Assembly: GCA_963745025.1 (NCBI GenBank)
Contig: CAVUWD010000013.1
Span: 32,001-96,000, forward strand
DNA: 64,000 bases
Origin: an uncultured delta proteobacterium
GTDB lineage: Bacteria > Desulfobacterota > Binatia > JACPRU01
Direction: 5' to 3'
The notes under the pieces are model-generated. The model had not been told where the DNA came from, did not search any database, and was given only the letters and a program-made list of their open reading frames with translations. The position numbers and the translations under genes are program-made. Below are positions 46,619 through 56,375 of this stretch, one piece after another (position 1 is the first letter of the stretch; every line of letters begins with the position of its first letter).

Positions 46619-48481
46619 GCCCGAGCGACGTTCTTCAAGACGACACCTCCGGAGAGCCGCCGTCGTCAGCACGCACACCACGATCAAGAGCGGCAAAAGG
46701 CTCAGCCGGCTTTCAGGTGCGAGAAACTCGCCGACGTTGAACGAGTTCCAGCTTGCGACCGCGGAATGAGGCGGAGACAGCTGGTTGATCGCTGCCTCGA
46801 AAAAACCGCAGGGTCTTGCCGAGACGGGGCCGTGAAATGCGGCAATCGGAACGATCTGGGGAGGGACTCGTGGACCAAGGGCGCGAAGCTCGCTTCTCAG
46901 CTGTGCGACAGCCTGATCGATTTCAACCCGAGACTTCCCCGCCGCCTGCATCCTTCTATCATAGCCGGCTAGAGCGGCCTCGATGCCGGCATTCGTGAGC
47001 TCCACCGGCGCTTCTTCGAGAAACAGCCGGACGTGATAGTCGAGGAACGGGTCGTACCGCACGAGCGGCCTTCCAGGATAGAGCGCGATGTCGCGGTTTC
47101 CGAGCGGACTGAGCGGGTCTACGGCAGTGGCGAGCAGCATGACAACGGCAGACCATGCCGCGAAGAGGCAAGTCGTGCGCCGCCACCTGGCAAAGCCGTA
47201 GACGGCTGGCAGGGCCACGAACGGCACCGCCGGGAGCAAATAGCGGGGTCCGGTCGCCGCGCCGCCTTGCCAACCGTTGAAGGCCGCCGTGAATGCCAGG
47301 AAGAAGGCGAATATGGCCACGAAGACCACGGCTTCGGCTCGCCAACGGCGATCGCGATAGAGTCGAAGGAGTCCCGCGATGCCGAAGGCCAGAAACGGCG
47401 AGCCGTAGAAGAGTCCACGATAGGGTGAGAAGAGGATCGCGGAAAGCACATCGAGCCGAGGCGCGCCGAGAACTCCGAGCAGCAGCCCGGTGTTCTGAAA
47501 CCCAGGATGCGTCGGGGCGTAACTCGTCGCGAGCGGCGAGCCGAAGCAGGCTAGATCGTAGAGCCCGATCACCAAGAGCGATGGAATGACACCGACAGCG
47601 AGCCACGCGACCTGTCGAACGCCGAGACGACGGAGCGCGTACACGGCGAGCATCAAGACCGGCACCGCGCCGATGTAATTGGCCAACACGCTCCCACCCG
47701 CGTATAGGCCGGCGCGAAGCGAATGTGACCAAGCCCCCCGCTTCCCATCGCCTGCGTCGAGCAGAGCCGAAAAGGCACCCAGGAACGCGACCGCCATCAC
47801 ATCGTGCTCGAAGAGCATCGTCGCATAGGGAAAGTAAATCGTGCCCCACGCGAAGGCGAGCGTTGCTAGCAGCGTCGCTTCGAGGCTCCCCAGGCGGAGC
47901 TTCGTCGCAACACGGAAGAAGATGACGCAGCCGATTGCGGAGACGAGGCCGACGCTCAGGACCGACGTCAGCCAAGCATTCACGGTGAGAGTCCACCAAT
48001 CGTCTGGATCCGCTCCCGACCAGGTCTCGAGCCGATGGAGGAGCCAATAGCCGGGCACGGCCAGCAGCGTGACTCCCGGCGACTTGTTCGGATAGAAGTG
48101 GCCACCGGCGTAGGCGACGTCTCCGCTGACCGCAACCAGGTGCAGCGGGCGCATGGGCGCTTCGCTCGATGCGTCCGCTGCGCTGAGCTGTCCGCGCTCG
48201 TCCACGACCCAGGCGAGCGCATAGGGTCGACCGTCGATGCGGACCTCGCCGTGGTCGACTGGCAACCGTTTCAGATGCGTCTCGACGGGGGTCGAGCGAT
48301 CGATCTGGTAGACGAGGAACGAATCGATCGAAAGGCTTCCGCTCTCGACGATCGCCCGCACCTGGGCAAACCTAGCGTTCTGGTTCCAGCCTCCGCCCGG
48401 CTGGAAGTACGCGAAGGAGGCGAGGGTTGCCGCGAAGAGCAGCAACTGGACCGAGCGCGGCGGGCTCACGTGCCTCACCAA
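46577..48481 (-). CDS. Polytopic membrane protein, probably GT-C-like
   Basis: First loop GGWNQNARF..YPNKSPG, many TM helices and a late GPRYLLP motif. Confidence 0.6.
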   Translation of the reverse strand: MVRHVSPPRSVQLLLFAATLASFAYFQPGGGWNQNARFAQVRAIVESGSLSIDSFLVYQIDRSTPVETHLKRLPVDHGEVRIDGRPYALAWVVDERGQLSAADASSEAPMRPLHLVAVSGDVAYAGGHFYPNKSPGVTLLAVPGYWLLHRLETWSGADPDDWWTLTVNAWLTSVLSVGLVSAIGCVIFFRVATKLRLGSLEATLLATLAFAWGTIYFPYATMLFEHDVMAVAFLGAFSALLDAGDGKRGAWSHSLRAGLYAGGSVLANYIGAVPVLMLAVYALRRLGVRQVAWLAVGVIPSLLVIGLYDLACFGSPLATSYAPTHPGFQNTGLLLGVLGAPRLDVLSAILFSPYRGLFYGSPFLAFGIAGLLRLYRDRRWRAEAVVFVAIFAFFLAFTAAFNGWQGGAATGPRYLLPAVPFVALPAVYGFARWRRTTCLFAAWSAVVMLLATAVDPLSPLGNRDIALYPGRPLVRYDPFLDYHVRLFLEEAPVELTNAGIEAALAGYDRRMQAAGKSRVEIDQAVAQLRSELRALGPRVPPQIVPIAAFHGPVSARPCGFFEAAINQLSPPHSAVASWNSFNVGEFLAPESRLSLLPLLIVVCVLTTAALRRCRLEERRSGGKSMARDEAVVDT

Positions 48482-48510
48482 TCACACCCCTCTACCAATC
48501 CGCGCGCGAC

Positions 48511-50244
48511 TCACGGCAGGTCGAAGACGAACATCGAGCCCACGCGAGCGATCGGTTTCTCGCCCTGGAGCCAGGTGTACGCTCCGTGATGGGCCCATTC
48601 GAGATCGCTCGGCGCGAACCAGATCCAGTAGGGGCGCCCCATCAGAAACGATGCGGAAACGACGGAGATCCCGTGCGACTCGCCCTTCACGAGCGGCGTG
48701 AACTGAATGTCGTAGACGCGCGGATCCACCCGGCCGAAGTAGGCCAGGTTCACCTTCTGGAGGCGATGGGCTGTCATGTAGGTGCGAAGCCGGAGGAGAT
48801 CCTGGCCCCAGTCGAGGTTGGAGTCGATGAGCCAGCGGTGGCCGTTCTCGGGCCCGCCGGCGAGCTCGTTGAAGTATTCGAGGTAGCGGGGCGCGATCGA
48901 TACGCTCGACCAGGCGAACCACCCTAGCAACGTGACGCTCACCGCCGCGCCCGCCAGGTCTTTGGCCGCCCGCGATCGGGATAGAAGACGCTCGATTGGA
49001 CCCGCCAGCCAAGGCGAAGCTCCGATGGCAAGGAGGGGGAACGCCGGCAGGGCGTGCCTCACGCCGATGTTCAAGGGGTTCAGAAGCGCATTGGCGACGA
49101 ACACGAAGATCAGGGTGATGAACACGCAGTAGTCATGAGCCCCTTTGCTTCGTCCCAGCAGCCACGCGCCGAGCGCGAAGAGACCGCTCAAGAGAAGCGG
49201 CAGCGGAGCCTTCAGCAGGAAGGCGGCGAGGTGGTAGTACCGCCAGCCCACGAGCGACCACATCCCCGCGAGGTAGTACGCGGGCTCCGTCGGCTGGTCG
49301 CCGACGAAGAGCGCATCGAGGCTCTTGAGGAAGGGCTTGGGGAGCGGGAGCCGGAGCCAGGGCATCGCCCGCTGCACGCGAAGCAGCTTCTGCGAGTCGA
49401 AATCGATGTCGGCGAAGGCTCGGCCGAACCCCTCGAAGCGATAGAGGCCGTTCAGCACTCCGAGCGCGAGAAGGTTGACGAAGATCAAGAGCCCCAGCCA
49501 TCGATACCAGCGGACGTCCCTCGGCTCGGTGACTGCCCGCACGAGGACGAGAAGAGCCGTGACGATGGGTACCGTGAGGCCCGAGAGCTTGAGCGCCGGA
49601 GCGAGGCCGAGTGTCAAGCCGAGGAGGATGGCTCTCGAGACCGAAGGCTGATCGAGCATCCTCCACGTCAGGTAAGCGACCGCGGTCCATCCGACGGCAC
49701 CAGAAACGTCCAGAGTCACGAGATGGCCGTGCGCCAGAATCGTCGGCGAGAACGTGAACAGGAATAGCGAGACGAGGCCTGCCGCGTATCCGTAGAGCTC
49801 GGTCGACCACTGCAGGACCAACGCCCCGAGCAAGACCGTGGTCAGAATGACCATGCAGCGCGCCGGCACGAAGAGCTGGTGGTAGGTCGCGCCGTAGTCT
49901 TGCATGAAGCGGTATCCCATCGCCCAGTCGTTGATCTCGTTCATCGGCGGGATCTGCGGCGTCAGCGGGCCGCCCATGAGCAGTGGCAGCGCCGCGAAGC
50001 TCCGGAAGAAGGGGGGATTCATCGACTCGGAACGGAAGTCGACCGCCTGCAGCGTGTAGAGCCCGACCGGCAGGCCGACGAACTCGTCGATCGTGACCGA
50101 ATCGCCGAGCGCCGCGACGGTGGATCGAGCGACGAAGAGGATCAGCAGCAGCGCATAGAGCAGCCGCAACACTCGCGGTGCGGTCGCCGTGTCGGGGAGC
50201 GGAATCGTCGACTGCGGTCGCGCGGCGGTCGTTGGTGCCTCCAT
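48511..50244 (-). CDS. PMT/ArnT-family (GT39/GT83-like) glycosyltransferase
   Basis: TIDE acidic motif, NPPF, FSPTILAHGHLVTLD, IGVRH and DSNLDWGQDL. Confidence 0.85.
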   Translation of the reverse strand: MEAPTTAARPQSTIPLPDTATAPRVLRLLYALLLILFVARSTVAALGDSVTIDEFVGLPVGLYTLQAVDFRSESMNPPFFRSFAALPLLMGGPLTPQIPPMNEINDWAMGYRFMQDYGATYHQLFVPARCMVILTTVLLGALVLQWSTELYGYAAGLVSLFLFTFSPTILAHGHLVTLDVSGAVGWTAVAYLTWRMLDQPSVSRAILLGLTLGLAPALKLSGLTVPIVTALLVLVRAVTEPRDVRWYRWLGLLIFVNLLALGVLNGLYRFEGFGRAFADIDFDSQKLLRVQRAMPWLRLPLPKPFLKSLDALFVGDQPTEPAYYLAGMWSLVGWRYYHLAAFLLKAPLPLLLSGLFALGAWLLGRSKGAHDYCVFITLIFVFVANALLNPLNIGVRHALPAFPLLAIGASPWLAGPIERLLSRSRAAKDLAGAAVSVTLLGWFAWSSVSIAPRYLEYFNELAGGPENGHRWLIDSNLDWGQDLLRLRTYMTAHRLQKVNLAYFGRVDPRVYDIQFTPLVKGESHGISVVSASFLMGRPYWIWFAPSDLEWAHHGAYTWLQGEKPIARVGSMFVFDLP

Positions 50245-50367
50245 TCAGTGTGTGCGCTGCGAGGTCATCCCATGAGCGTTTACAACGATGCGTTTCTCGA
50301 CTATCTCTTCGCGCGCTGACGCCGATGCCCCATCGATGCTTCGTTCCATCGCGAGGCCAATGACTCC

Positions 50368-51117
50368 ATGGCGGAGCGCACCATCGTCGTCATGCCCGCC
50401 TATAACGCGGCAAACACAGTCGAGCGTATCTTCCATGATCTGCCCGCGGGTTGCTACGACGAGGTGATCCTCGTCGACGACTGCAGCCGCGACGACACGG
50501 TCGCCGTCGCCTCGCGCCTTGGTCTGACCGTCCTTCGCCATGACCGCAACAAGGGGTATGGCGGAAACCAGAAGACCTGCTACGACGCGGCGCTCGAGCA
50601 CGGCGCCGATTTCGTGGTCATGCTGCACCCGGACTACCAATACGATGCGCGCGTAATTCCCGCGGCGCTCGACGTCCTGCGCCTCGGCATCTGCGACGTC
50701 GTGCTCGGCAATCGCATTCGTACCCGTCGCGAGGCGCTCGCCGGCGGTATGCCTCTCCCGAAGTACCTTGCCAACCGTGCGCTCACGATCATCGAGAACG
50801 TTCTCTCCGGACAGAATCTCGGCGAGTGGCACACCGGGTTTCGCGCCTACCGCAGGAACGTGCTCGAGACGATCCCGTATCACCGAAATAGCGACGACTT
50901 CGTCTTCGACTCGCAGTTCCTGCTCCAAGCCGTTCACTTCGGCTTCCGTGTCGGCGACCTCCCCGTCCCGGTCCGCTACTTCGACGAGGCGAGCAGCATC
51001 GACTACCGCCGGTCTGCGCTCTACGCGCTTCTCACGCTCTGGACGTTCGTGCAGTGGTACGCCTACCGGCTCGGGCTCACGCGCTGCCAGCTCTTTCTGC
51101 CTCCCGGGACCGCGTGA
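50368..51117 (+). CDS. DPM1-like GT2 (polyprenyl-phosphate sugar synthase type)
   Basis: [29 protein letters not shown] and HTGFRAY. Confidence 0.88.
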   Translation: MAERTIVVMPAYNAANTVERIFHDLPAGCYDEVILVDDCSRDDTVAVASRLGLTVLRHDRNKGYGGNQKTCYDAALEHGADFVVMLHPDYQYDARVIPAALDVLRLGICDVVLGNRIRTRREALAGGMPLPKYLANRALTIIENVLSGQNLGEWHTGFRAYRRNVLETIPYHRNSDDFVFDSQFLLQAVHFGFRVGDLPVPVRYFDEASSIDYRRSALYALLTLWTFVQWYAYRLGLTRCQLFLPPGTA

Positions 51118-52769
51118 TCGACGGTCGACGCACGCGCCTGGCGCTCGTGGCGATCTCCTGCGGCCTGGCGGCGTCGGCGCTCTATTGGCCGACGCTGGCG
51201 GCGCAGTTCGTGTGGGACGACCACGTTCTCATCGAGCGCAACCCCGAGCTCGAGCACTGGAGGGGATTGTGGCGCGGTTTCACGGACGTGAGCGGGAGTC
51301 TGAGGGGCGCCTCCTATTACCGGCCGATCTTGATGGCGAGCTATTTCATCGACCGGCAGATCTGGGGTCTCGACCCCACGGGGTTCCATCTGACGAACGT
51401 CGTGCTTCACGGCCTCGTCACCGGTCTCGTGTGCGTGCTCGCATACGCATACTTCGACAACCTGGCGGCGGCCGCGATCGGCGCGCTGCTGTTCGCGCTC
51501 CACCCGATCCAGGCGCAAAGCGTCTCCCTCATCCTCGGCAGAAACGATCTTCTCCTGGCTCTCCCCGTCGTCGCGATGCTGCTCCTCGCGCGTCGCCGGC
51601 GCCCCGTCGGAGCGCTCCTTCTTCTCTATGCCGCCGCGCTCTGGACGAAGGAGACGGGAATCGTGGCGCCGCTCCTGCTCTTCGCTGCCGACGCGATGCT
51701 CGGCGGGAAGAAGGGCGAGAGCGGGTTGCGATGGGGCATCCTGGCCCTCGGCTTCGTGGCAGTGACGGCTCTATATCTCGTCGCTCGTTTCGAAGCTCTC
51801 GGCTCTCTGGCGAGCCCGAGCCACGGCGGCCTCTCTCCTTGGAACGAGCGGCTCCCGCAAAGCATTGCCTTCTTGGGGTACTACATCGGCCACATCCTCC
51901 TTCCCTGGAACCTCTCGCCTGCTCCCTACGCTCCGCGCCTGGCGGCCGGCTGGATGCTGCTCGCGTCGGCGGGCTTCTGCCTTCTGCTCGCGGGAGCCAT
52001 CGCTTGGGCTCTACGGAAGCGTTCCCCGGCGGGTTACGGGCTCGTCTTCTTTCTCGTGGGCATAGTGCCGGTGTCGGGACTCGTTCCGATACAGGTTCCG
52101 GTGCTCGAGCATCGGCTCTACTTGCCGATGGTCGGCGTGGCGCTCGCCGCTGCGGCGGCCGTCTCTCGGTTCGATGAACAGCGGTCTCTCGTCGTCACGT
52201 TGCCGGTTCTCGCCGTTCTCGCGTTCGCTACGTCGGCGCGTCTTCCGGCCTTCCACGACGATCTCGCGCTGTGGTCGACGGCGATCGAGCGGGTCCCCGA
52301 TTCCGCGTACGTCCACCACGGGTACGCGCTCGCACTTGCGCGCGTCGGCCGGGATCCGGAGGCGATCGAAGTCTTGCGTGCGGCGATCCGGCTCGCCCCC
52401 GGCTTCAACAGAGCTCGCTACGAGCTGGCGCTCGCCCTTGGGCGCACCGGACAGCGGGAGCAGGCGATCGCCACGCTTCAGGATCTGCTTCATCGCGACC
52501 CCAAGGACGTGGACAGCTGGAACGCCCTCGCCTTCTTGTGGAAGCAATCGGGCGACCTCCCGAAGTGCAAAGACGCTCTCGAGCAGGGCCTGCGCATCGA
52601 TCCGCAGAACGCGGTCCTCCTCGAGAATCTGGGCGACGTTCTCACCGGAGAGGGCGACATCGTGCGGGCTCGTTCGACGTTCGAAGACCTCGTTCGACTT
52701 CACCCGCAGAATGCTGCGTACCGTCAGAAGCTCGATCGTCTACGCGGGCGAGAGGGCCGCCCGAATTGA
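51114..52769 (+). CDS. TMTC-like GT-C protein with C-terminal TPR repeats
   Basis: GTGA overlap. [27 protein letters not shown] and EHRLYLP, then about 4 TPR-like repeats. Confidence 0.85.
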   Translation: MIDGRRTRLALVAISCGLAASALYWPTLAAQFVWDDHVLIERNPELEHWRGLWRGFTDVSGSLRGASYYRPILMASYFIDRQIWGLDPTGFHLTNVVLHGLVTGLVCVLAYAYFDNLAAAAIGALLFALHPIQAQSVSLILGRNDLLLALPVVAMLLLARRRRPVGALLLLYAAALWTKETGIVAPLLLFAADAMLGGKKGESGLRWGILALGFVAVTALYLVARFEALGSLASPSHGGLSPWNERLPQSIAFLGYYIGHILLPWNLSPAPYAPRLAAGWMLLASAGFCLLLAGAIAWALRKRSPAGYGLVFFLVGIVPVSGLVPIQVPVLEHRLYLPMVGVALAAAAAVSRFDEQRSLVVTLPVLAVLAFATSARLPAFHDDLALWSTAIERVPDSAYVHHGYALALARVGRDPEAIEVLRAAIRLAPGFNRARYELALALGRTGQREQAIATLQDLLHRDPKDVDSWNALAFLWKQSGDLPKCKDALEQGLRIDPQNAVLLENLGDVLTGEGDIVRARSTFEDLVRLHPQNAAYRQKLDRLRGREGRPN

Positions 52770-52787
52770 CCCGCGCCGCGCGGAGCT

Positions 52788-55151
52788 TCAACCCTTCTTT
52801 TCGCCGATGAGGAGCGACTGCACCCGCTCGGGGCCATACTCGAAGTGGAACATGATTCTGTCCAGCGCGCGCTCCATCTCCTTCCGTCGCTCTGAAAGAG
52901 TCGGGTCTTCCCCCCGATTCCGTTGCTCGCCAGGATCTTCGATCAGGTCATAGAGCTCCTCGAGCGAGCCCGCGCGCTCGTAGATGAGCTTCAGCGGATA
53001 GTCGATGAGAGCGAAGCTCGGCGGCTTGCGGCCGAGACTGTTCGAGGACGCAAACACCGGCAAAGTGGCTCGCGCGCCGGCGCGGAGGCTCACCGACTCC
53101 ACCGAGCTGCCTTCGAACCCGAACCAGTCGAGAATCGTCGCCGGCAACCGGTAGAGCGCCACAGGCGCCGCGATGCGCACGGCGGGGAACGTTTGGCCGT
53201 GGACGATCAGGGGGACGTGTATGGCTTCCTGGTACAGCGTCCCGCCGTGAAAGAAGCCGCCGTGCTCGTTGAACTCCTCGCCGTGGTCGGCCGAGACGAT
53301 GAGCAAAGTATCGGCGGAGCCGGGCTCCTTCTGAAGCTCGGCGAGCAGCCGCGCAATGGCGGCATTCACCCGGGTAAGCTGCGCGTCGTAGACGCCGCGG
53401 AGCTTCCGGCTCATGTCCCCGAGATTCATGAGGTCCAGCAGGATCGAGAGGTTGATGCCGGCATCTCGCAAGTTGGTCACGTCCCAGGCGAAGACCGAAT
53501 GCTGCCCGAAAAGATCGTAGTCATGCAGGTCGGGGATGTGCAGCCAGAGAAACAGCGACTGATTCCGAGATTGTCGCAGGACCCTGATCGTCTCGTCGAC
53601 CAGCTGATCCGCGCTCCAGGAGTACTGTGGCGGAGGCAAGCGCTTGTCGAACGAGTCAATGTAGGGATCGACGAGGCCCCACGGCCGAGCATCCGACAGC
53701 ACCGCCACGGATGGGACCCGCGCGGAGGCGAGAATGTTCGGCAGACGGAGCTCGGGCTTGTGGATTCCCGGCGCACGGGTGGCGAGCGCGAGCAGATACG
53801 GAATCGAATTCTGCGTGTACGCCGAAGGCGCAATCGCGTTCTCGTAGAGCGAGCTCTCGGCGCCGAGCGCGGCCAGCACCGGCGCGAGACGCTCGCCGCC
53901 GGGGCCGGTCTCGCCCAAGGCATCCGCGCGCATGGCGTCGATCGTCACCAGGATGACTTTTCGCGCGCCACGCGGTTCCGTCGGCGGGACGAGGTCGACC
54001 GGCAGGCTCAGATAGGGGTCTACCGCTCCGTCGAAGTCGCCTCCCATGCAGTTCTCGTCGATGCCATTGCCGGGGATGTCGAGCTGGTTTGGATTCACGC
54101 CCGGATCGCCGTCATTGCAATCGCCTCCACCGAAGAGAGACGAGAAGCCATCGCGGTCGCGGTCGAAGAAGCCCTGAGCCCGCTCCACGAGCCAGCGGGT
54201 TCCCGACAACGTTCGCTGCGTCTCGAGAAGCAGCCGCGGCTCGGCGGCCATCCGCTCGCCGACGACCCAGCTGCCGGTGAGGAGCAGGAGCAACAGACAG
54301 GGGAGCGGTTGAGGGCGCGACAGGAACGAGACCAGGCCGGCACGGTGCGCCACCGCGGCGATCGCGACCCAGAGGCACAGTACGCTCCCGACCAGGGACG
54401 CCACCGTGAGATAGTCCATCGCGGGGAAGACCGAGAGCCGGACGAGCAGAATCTGTGACGAGCGCTGTATGGCGAAGGATACGAGCAAGAGAACGATTGC
54501 GGCGAGCAAGTCGGTGTAGCCTTCGTGTTGGCGCGTACGGGTGCCGTGGAGCCCGAGGAGGACCACGTAAACGAACATCACCAGAACTATGGAGAGGATG
54601 GGCTCGACGGTCTCGGGCGAGTAATTGACGAAGGTTCCCTTGAGCGCGATTCCGGTCAAGAGTGGATCGAAATAACGGAGTGACGCGAGGCCGAGCAGCG
54701 ATGCGGCGACTGCGCACGCTGGACCCGGAAGCAGGGCAGCGGGCAGACCAACGGCGCCGACCAAGAGACCGCCGACAGTTCCGGACGCGGTGCGAAAGAA
54801 GAGTAGCGCGCCGACGATGAGGAGCGCCCCCAGAGCTCGTAAGACGAGGCCGCCCGTCCTCTCCCGAACGGCCCCCGTCCATCTTTCCAAGACCGAAACG
54901 ACACCCAGAACGGCGAGCGCCACCGTCGCCACTGCAATCGCGAAATCCCCGTGGAGACAGATTCCGATCAACAGCAGTCGCCCGGATTCGAGATCGCCGC
55001 CCCAGCGGCTTCGGGCGTAAACCACTTCGAGGGCCCCGTTGAGCATCCCGGCCAGCACGGCGGTCGATGCGAGGAAGCGGACGACGTCCCGGAATCGCCG
55101 TCGCTCAGGTGCGGATAGCAGAGAACGATCGCGGACCGGAGCCATCCTCAA
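52788..55151 (-). CDS. Membrane sulfatase-like hydrolase/transferase with a Cys/Asp metal-binding motif
   Basis: About 8-9 TM helices; DRDRDG..GGDCNDGDP..PGNGIDENC; TIDAMRAD, SADHGEE and HGGTLY. Confidence 0.82.
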   Translation of the reverse strand: MRMAPVRDRSLLSAPERRRFRDVVRFLASTAVLAGMLNGALEVVYARSRWGGDLESGRLLLIGICLHGDFAIAVATVALAVLGVVSVLERWTGAVRERTGGLVLRALGALLIVGALLFFRTASGTVGGLLVGAVGLPAALLPGPACAVAASLLGLASLRYFDPLLTGIALKGTFVNYSPETVEPILSIVLVMFVYVVLLGLHGTRTRQHEGYTDLLAAIVLLLVSFAIQRSSQILLVRLSVFPAMDYLTVASLVGSVLCLWVAIAAVAHRAGLVSFLSRPQPLPCLLLLLLTGSWVVGERMAAEPRLLLETQRTLSGTRWLVERAQGFFDRDRDGFSSLFGGGDCNDGDPGVNPNQLDIPGNGIDENCMGGDFDGAVDPYLSLPVDLVPPTEPRGARKVILVTIDAMRADALGETGPGGERLAPVLAALGAESSLYENAIAPSAYTQNSIPYLLALATRAPGIHKPELRLPNILASARVPSVAVLSDARPWGLVDPYIDSFDKRLPPPQYSWSADQLVDETIRVLRQSRNQSLFLWLHIPDLHDYDLFGQHSVFAWDVTNLRDAGINLSILLDLMNLGDMSRKLRGVYDAQLTRVNAAIARLLAELQKEPGSADTLLIVSADHGEEFNEHGGFFHGGTLYQEAIHVPLIVHGQTFPAVRIAAPVALYRLPATILDWFGFEGSSVESVSLRAGARATLPVFASSNSLGRKPPSFALIDYPLKLIYERAGSLEELYDLIEDPGEQRNRGEDPTLSERRKEMERALDRIMFHFEYGPERVQSLLIGEKKG

Positions 55152-55178
55152 CCGCGCAGCGAATCGCCGAGAAAGTCG

Positions 55179-56324
55179 CTAACGCCGCACATGACCCGTC
55201 AGCTCGGTGTAAAGGTCCTCGTAGCGGCGCACGATGTTCGACAGCTCGAAGGTCTCGACCACGCGTCGTCGGGCGGCTTCGCCGAGACGACGGTGGGCGC
55301 CAGCGTCGAGAGACAGCAGCTCGCAGATCGCATCCGCCAGCGCCCCCGGGTTCCTCGGCGAGACCACTCGGCCGGTGTCTCCGACGATCCACGAGGAGTC
55401 ACCGACGTCGGTAACGGCGCACGGGACTCCACAGGCCATCGCCTCGCCGATCGCGTTCGAAAAACCCTCGCCGAAGGAAGACGACACGGCGACGTCGCAC
55501 GCGGCAGTCAGCCGGGCGACATCATCTCGTACGCCGAGCAGATGACATGCGTCGCGGATCCCGACCGTCTCGATCCATCTGGCGAGCGCAGCGTTCTGGC
55601 GGTCGATGCCGTGTCCAACGAGGAGATAGCGAGCTTCCGGAAAGCGCTCGCGGACCAGCCCTGCGGCGCGAACGAAGGTTTCATGGTCCTTGTGAGCGTC
55701 GAAGCGTGCGACCAGTCCGATCAGTGGCGATGGGTGCGGGACACCGAGCTCGTCTCTGACCGAGGCGCGGGCAGCTTCATCGGGGTGGAACTCATCGGTG
55801 TCGAACCCGTTGGGAATCACGATCATCTTCCGCTGATCATAGCCAAATTCAGCGTGGTTGCGCCGCCCGGTCTCGGAACAGCAAACGATGCGGTCGGGAA
55901 TCCAAGGCGAGAGCCAGGCGCAGAGCCGCGCGACGGCAATCGTCGGTCGCTTGAACGCCAGAGGGTCGACGCGGCTCATGCGGATCCCCCAAACGACCGG
56001 GACGCCGACGAAGAGTTTCGCCGCCAAGCCGCCCGCGAGGTCGGCGTGGTAGAGCCACGTTTGGACGAGATCCGGTGCACTTTTCCGAAGCCGTGCTCGC
56101 AGCAGGAAGAGCCGTCTCACGTCGGAGACGCGAGCGCCCATGCCGACCGATTCGACCGGGACGCCGAGCTTACGAATGCGGTCCGCCACGGGGCCTTCTT
56201 CCCGGAGACAGATCACCGCCGACTCGAAACGAGAGCGGTCCAACCGCGAGAGCAGCTTGTAGAGCATCATCTCGGCGCCGCCACGGGTGAGGCCGGTGAT
56301 GACGTGGACGACGCGTCGAACCAT
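55179..56324 (-). CDS. GT4 glycosyltransferase
   Basis: GGAEMML, IPNGFD and EGFSNAIGEAMACG. Start is 56324 or 56348. Confidence 0.92.
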   Translation of the reverse strand: MVRRVVHVITGLTRGGAEMMLYKLLSRLDRSRFESAVICLREEGPVADRIRKLGVPVESVGMGARVSDVRRLFLLRARLRKSAPDLVQTWLYHADLAGGLAAKLFVGVPVVWGIRMSRVDPLAFKRPTIAVARLCAWLSPWIPDRIVCCSETGRRNHAEFGYDQRKMIVIPNGFDTDEFHPDEAARASVRDELGVPHPSPLIGLVARFDAHKDHETFVRAAGLVRERFPEARYLLVGHGIDRQNAALARWIETVGIRDACHLLGVRDDVARLTAACDVAVSSSFGEGFSNAIGEAMACGVPCAVTDVGDSSWIVGDTGRVVSPRNPGALADAICELLSLDAGAHRRLGEAARRRVVETFELSNIVRRYEDLYTELTGHVRR

Positions 56325-56375
56325 CGGGGCGGGGTGAGTCGAGAGCATCCTCGTGGCTTTACGGCGGTGACGATC

